The notes beneath the pieces are model-generated. The model ran no database searches. It was given only the letters and a program-made list of their open reading frames with translations, and was not told the origin of the DNA. A stretch of DNA of 64,000 nucleotides from the NCBI GenBank assembly GCA_963785235.1, contig CAWAUM010000004.1, positions 1-64,000 of the forward strand, in the 5' to 3' direction. Positions 59,499 through 64,000 of this stretch are shown one piece after another (position 1 is the first letter of the stretch; every line of letters starts with the position of its first letter). Source of the stretch: an uncultured delta proteobacterium (GTDB lineage: Bacteria > Desulfobacterota > Desulfomonilia > UBA1062). The position numbers were made by a program, and so were the translations under genes.

Positions 59499-61940
59499 AT
59501 GAAAGGGCCTAAGTTTTTTTTGAGGATAGTTCTTGTGATTCTCATTTCTTCTTTTATGAGTTCCTGCTCTGGTGGCAGCGGCTCTGATAAAAAAATAAGC
59601 GGCGAATCCATTGATGACCCTGGGGCTTCTGTAGGTGCATTAGGTTTTGATGATGCTTACCCAATTGAGCTTCAAATGCAAGAGCCAACCGGTGAATTTG
59701 TTGCCGTGCAAGACGGGCAGTATGTCGAGCCAGGAAAGAAACGATTTGCCGTAACTGTTCAAGGAGACGCATCAAATATCGACAAGGTGTTTCTCAGTGA
59801 TGGCGGTGTTTATCAAGTTGAAGCGGTAAAACAGGGTGACTCTTACCAGGCTGATTTCACTATTAACAATGACCGGTTATATGCAACGGTACTTGTGCAG
59901 GCAATCCATAAAAACCAGCGGGCTTCGAAAGAGAAAATTGTCTTCAAAACATTGAATGATGATTCTGTTGGAAAAATGATAACCAATGGTATGGGAATAC
60001 TTGCATCCAACGATATACTCTACGGAAACAGAGAATTACTTGCTTCTGAACTTGATATGTTCGTTGGAGAAGCCTTTAATGCTATTAAGACTCAGGATTC
60101 AGGCATTATATCAAGCCTCAGCTATGGCGATAACAATCCAAATACAATTGACATCGAAATAGTTGATTTTAAATCTGTGCATAATGCGGCATATCCATCA
60201 GCTGTAATTCATCTAGGTTTCATCATTCATGATGTAACCCTGGCTGCATTAAATATTAAAGGGCAGGATCTCATCACTACCAAAAACAATGATCTTAACG
60301 TCGACATGTTCATTGCCATTGATGACCAGGGAAGCGGTGGCACACGGGGTCTTGTTTTTAACTTTCTGGGATCACCCGGTCTTTCCTTTAACAAGGACTT
60401 TATCCTGCGTTCTGTTGTGGAGCAAAAGATTGCATCCGGCCTTGTTCTTGTAGAGCGGACTCCTCTTGTCACAGATCTTCAGAAGCTGTTTGAAACGCTA
60501 GGCGATCTCCTCCCTTTAAGTGTTAATGTAAACGACTCTCCTGTTGATATAGTATCCCTGTTCGACAAACAAAATCTGGATCTGTCAAAATACATGTTTA
60601 TCGATCTTTATGGGATTCCGGAGAATACAACTCAATCAGAAATTGCTTTAGGTGCAGGGTTATATATTACAGAAGATAAGACTGCGAGTTCCAGAACTAC
60701 TAATGATAATCCTGTTAACAGCCCTGACCTGAATGGAATTGTAATTGATCTCTGTCAGGTCATGGTTGATAAAGCCTTTGAGAGCATCAAGCAACAGTAC
60801 AAAGGGCTTGTTTCTACCTTATCCTATGGTGACAGCAATCCTCAAACAAATGATTTTATAATTAATTCAGTTTCCATTCAGGACACAAGTAATCCGGAAA
60901 CAAAGATGATCCAGGCAAACTTCACCATCAAGGATGTTGACTTCAGTGCAGCTTCACTCTTTGGTTTCTCTTTAATAAATACTCGAAATAATGATCTTAC
61001 AATCGATGCAACCTTTTTACTCTCTACAGGTAAAGATGCGGGAGGGGTTGTCCTCATTCTGGACGTACAACAGGTGGCGAATGTAGCCTTTAGGGATTAC
61101 TTTGTTGGAAGACTCACCATAGAGGAGCTGGCTAAAAATACCATAGAAAATATGGATAATTCGAATGCCGGCATAGATAAAATTGTATCAGCACTGTCTC
61201 TCGACATCGATCTCTCGGGGTCCGGATCTCCAGGTTTTGAATTCCCCGACGTTTTAGAGGTGCGTTCACCTTATGAATGGGATCTGAGGCTGCCTGAGGG
61301 AAATAATCTGAGCTTTATCATCTCACAAGACAATATCAACCGGGTCCTTGCACATCTTTTCACAAGGGCTTTTGAATGGGATATCTATGAAATGTTAGGT
61401 CCGATATTGGGAAGTAATTTTGAGGGGTTTAACAATAATTCAGGCGACAAGCAGGAAACTATCATGCGTTTCAGTGTGCCGCCGGTAGTTGACCTTCGAT
61501 CTTCACAGGTAAGAATACAAGCGGATGATGTATTTCTTCAATACAGGCTGGATGGCGAGCCACAATGGGAGGCATCAATCGACCTTGATCTTTTCCTGGA
61601 GATTAAGGTGATTAACAATGAACTTGCATTCTTTATCAGTCCAAATACCGAGAAATGTCATTTCCATATCATGAAGGATAATGTTGGAAACCTCGGGTTG
61701 TTTGACCACTCCAACCTGGTCAATGATATTATTGTAAAATTGCCTGTGATGCTGGGGGATTCTCTTGGCGGACCCATCTTTACCATGGGTTTGAAGTCAT
61801 TTGAGCCCCTTTTTGTGCTCAATAGCCTGGAGAACCCCATTACTGTTTCAGCTAATAATGGGTATATGTATATAGACATGAATGCGCTGGACGTCGACCT
61901 TTCATTGCTGAAGGGTGTACTTGCAGCTCCTGAGATTTAG
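59499..61940 (+). CDS. large lipoprotein with an internal ~130-aa duplication
   Basis: MSSC lipobox-like site; LSYGD.NP.T.D and NNDL..D each occur twice. Confidence 0.75.
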   Translation: MKGPKFFLRIVLVILISSFMSSCSGGSGSDKKISGESIDDPGASVGALGFDDAYPIELQMQEPTGEFVAVQDGQYVEPGKKRFAVTVQGDASNIDKVFLSDGGVYQVEAVKQGDSYQADFTINNDRLYATVLVQAIHKNQRASKEKIVFKTLNDDSVGKMITNGMGILASNDILYGNRELLASELDMFVGEAFNAIKTQDSGIISSLSYGDNNPNTIDIEIVDFKSVHNAAYPSAVIHLGFIIHDVTLAALNIKGQDLITTKNNDLNVDMFIAIDDQGSGGTRGLVFNFLGSPGLSFNKDFILRSVVEQKIASGLVLVERTPLVTDLQKLFETLGDLLPLSVNVNDSPVDIVSLFDKQNLDLSKYMFIDLYGIPENTTQSEIALGAGLYITEDKTASSRTTNDNPVNSPDLNGIVIDLCQVMVDKAFESIKQQYKGLVSTLSYGDSNPQTNDFIINSVSIQDTSNPETKMIQANFTIKDVDFSAASLFGFSLINTRNNDLTIDATFLLSTGKDAGGVVLILDVQQVANVAFRDYFVGRLTIEELAKNTIENMDNSNAGIDKIVSALSLDIDLSGSGSPGFEFPDVLEVRSPYEWDLRLPEGNNLSFIISQDNINRVLAHLFTRAFEWDIYEMLGPILGSNFEGFNNNSGDKQETIMRFSVPPVVDLRSSQVRIQADDVFLQYRLDGEPQWEASIDLDLFLEIKVINNELAFFISPNTEKCHFHIMKDNVGNLGLFDHSNLVNDIIVKLPVMLGDSLGGPIFTMGLKSFEPLFVLNSLENPITVSANNGYMYIDMNALDVDLSLLKGVLAAPEI

Positions 61941-61979
61941 TGAGAAGGTTAGGGTGATGGTAAAGATAGTTGTTTCAGG

Positions 61980-62101
61980 GAGGCAATTGCAGAACTCAAA
62001 AAAATGGTGTTACCCCGCGAAAGCGGGGGTCCTGAAGTTCTTGAAAAGACTGGATTCCCGCTTCCGCGGGAATGACAATTTTGGACTTTTGCCATTGGCT
62101 T
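61980..62101. mobile_element. ~120-bp MITE
   Basis: GAGGCAATTGCAGAAC...TTTTGCCATTGGCTT, flanks CAGG/CATG. Confidence 0.8.
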
Positions 62102-62145
62102 CATGGTTTAATCAAATTCAGATTGCAGGGGTAGTTTTTTATTGA

Positions 62146-62177
62146 TATGTCAATAATGACACTTCATTATTGACATA
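62146..62177. promoter_or_regulatory. perfect 14-bp palindromic operator overlapping TTGACA
   Basis: TATGTCAATAATGA-cact-TCATTATTGACATA upstream of the MMPL gene. Confidence 0.7.
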
Positions 62178-62255
62178 GGTGAATGGAAAATTTGCAACTA
62201 GGTACAGGGTTGAAAGAATCATCGGGCAATCCATTCTAGAATTTTTGGGGGAGGC

Positions 62256-64000
62256 ATGAAGAAGATCATCAATTTTTGTGTATTTCATCCATATTGGGTG
62301 ATTGCTGTTGTTGCGGCTACTACCATCTTTTTCGGATGGCAGATACCCCATGTAAAAATAGATCCCCGGGTTGAAACAATACTGAAGGAAAACAATCCGG
62401 TAGAGAAGGTTTATACAGCCAACAAGAAAGAGTTCGCCCCCTATGCCGATATCCTCATCGGCATGCTCGATTCGAATGTCTTCAACGCCGATTCTCTGAA
62501 GAAGGTCCAGGCGATCTCTGAAGAGGCGAGGCGAGATCAAGGGTGTTAAGAAGGTAATGAACATCCTTACTATAAAGAATATCCAAGGGAGCGAATCCGG
62601 CCTCCAGGTCACCCCCATGGTTCCAGATGGTAAGGTTCCTTCCTCTGCACAAGACATTGCAGAGTTCAAGAAAAAGGTCACATCCTGGGATGTATATGAA
62701 AATATCTACATCACGAAAGACTCGAAGGGAACTGCCATCACCCTCGTCTTGGACGACAATGTAGAGACGGACAAGATCGTCCCGATCTACTACAAGCTTC
62801 AGGATATCATAAAGAAACACGAGGGGCCTGAAAAGTTCTTCATCTCAGGGACCAAGGTTGTGGAAGCCCTCCAGGGTGACTATATGATCAAGGACCTGAC
62901 ACTCCTCCCGCCACTGGTATGCGTCGTCTTGATGGGGTCCTTGTTCCTGTTTTTCAGGAATTTCAGAGGGACGCTGCTGCCCTTAATTAATATCTGTATC
63001 GCCGGTATATGGACCATAGGTCTCATGCCGTTGGTCGATGTCCCCTTGACCGCTATTTCAACTGCTTTGCCGGTTGCCCTCATGGCCGTGGGAGTGGCGT
63101 ATGGCGTCCATGTTGTTGAAAATGTTTTTTCCGATGCCAACGAGGGGAGAACAGGGAAAAAAGGGATTAATAGCGCCCTGAACAGGATAACCATTCCGGT
63201 CATCATGGCAGGGTTAACCACGATTGCCAGCTTCCTGTCGCTATGTACCACCGTGGTGCGTCCCATGACGCATTTTGGCCTGCTCTGCGCCTTTGGCATA
63301 TCAATCTCCATGATACTTGCCCTCACCTTTACCCCTGCCGTCCTTTCCGTGCTTGATGCACGGGGGAAGAAACACGTCTCTCACCACCATACAAAAGCAG
63401 ATCTCATAGGGCCGCTCTTGAAGAAGCTCTCCTATATAAGCATACACAAGAAAGGGTGGGTATTCGCTATCTCCTTTCTTGTATTTGCGGTATCCATATT
63501 TTTCAGCCGGCACGTAAAGAGTGATTTCAATCTCATTGAAGATTTCCGAGAACGGAGCCCTATCCGGGTTGCAGACAAGATTCTCAATGAGAAGTTCGGA
63601 GGCACATCACAGTTCAATGTGGCCATCAATACAAAGAATGCCGACGATATCAAGGACCCTGAAGTCCTGGAAAAGATGGACAGGCTCCAGAAAGAATTGA
63701 ATGGGCTTAACGGTGTAGGAAAGACCGTATCCATTGTGGATTTCATCAAGCGCATGAACCAGTCCATGCACGACAGCGACCCTGCTCTACTATACCATAC
63801 CTGATTCCAAGGACCTTGTAGCCCAGTACCTGCTCCTCTTCTCATTTTCCGGTGGCGGCGACGATCTGGACAGCTTTGTGAACTATGGTTTCCAAAACGG
63901 CCAGATCCTGCTCCAGATGAAGAACCAGAGCGGATATCTGGCGCAGGATGTGGCTGATACGGTTGAGAGGTTTGAGAAAAGAGAGCTCACAGGCAACAAT
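62256..64000 (+). CDS. MMPL/RND family transporter, 3' partial, frameshifts near 62535 and 63785
   Basis: TM1, periplasmic loop, AVGVAYGVHVV, AGLTTIASFLSL, FGLLCAFG; second repeat begins FGGT. Confidence 0.85.

Overview
Bacterial chromosomal window, most consistent with an anaerobic Deltaproteobacteria/Desulfobacterota-type organism (tRNA-Sec, HDOD and CheX/CheD proteins, acyl-CoA catabolism). About a dozen genes carry single-base frameshifts, most likely long-read assembly errors. In order it holds: a flagellin glycosyltransferase, a very short flagellin, flaG and fliD; a TetR-led acyl-CoA/lipid catabolic operon; selC next to an AT-rich sigma54-driven beta-propeller gene; surE-rnc-radical SAM-two kinases-era-der-trpB2; lepA-hemW-rluA; cheX and a CheD-HDOD fusion; sppA-tldD-smpB-ptsI-ptsH; two toxin-antitoxin pairs; and an AT-rich outer-membrane barrel/lipoprotein/MMPL locus. 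Main finding 1: a non-autonomous IscB/omegaRNA (OMEGA) element (50246-51939). Removing it in silico restores both the smpB stop and the tldD RBS/ATG, which predicts its guide and an ATAAA TAM. Its ends supply a replacement stop and start, so both host genes stay open. Main finding 2: a family of six ~120-bp MITEs made of a REP-like doublet inside GAG(C/G)CAATTGCA inverted ends with 4-bp target duplications. One copy sits in-frame in the sppA signal peptide. No CRISPR array was seen.
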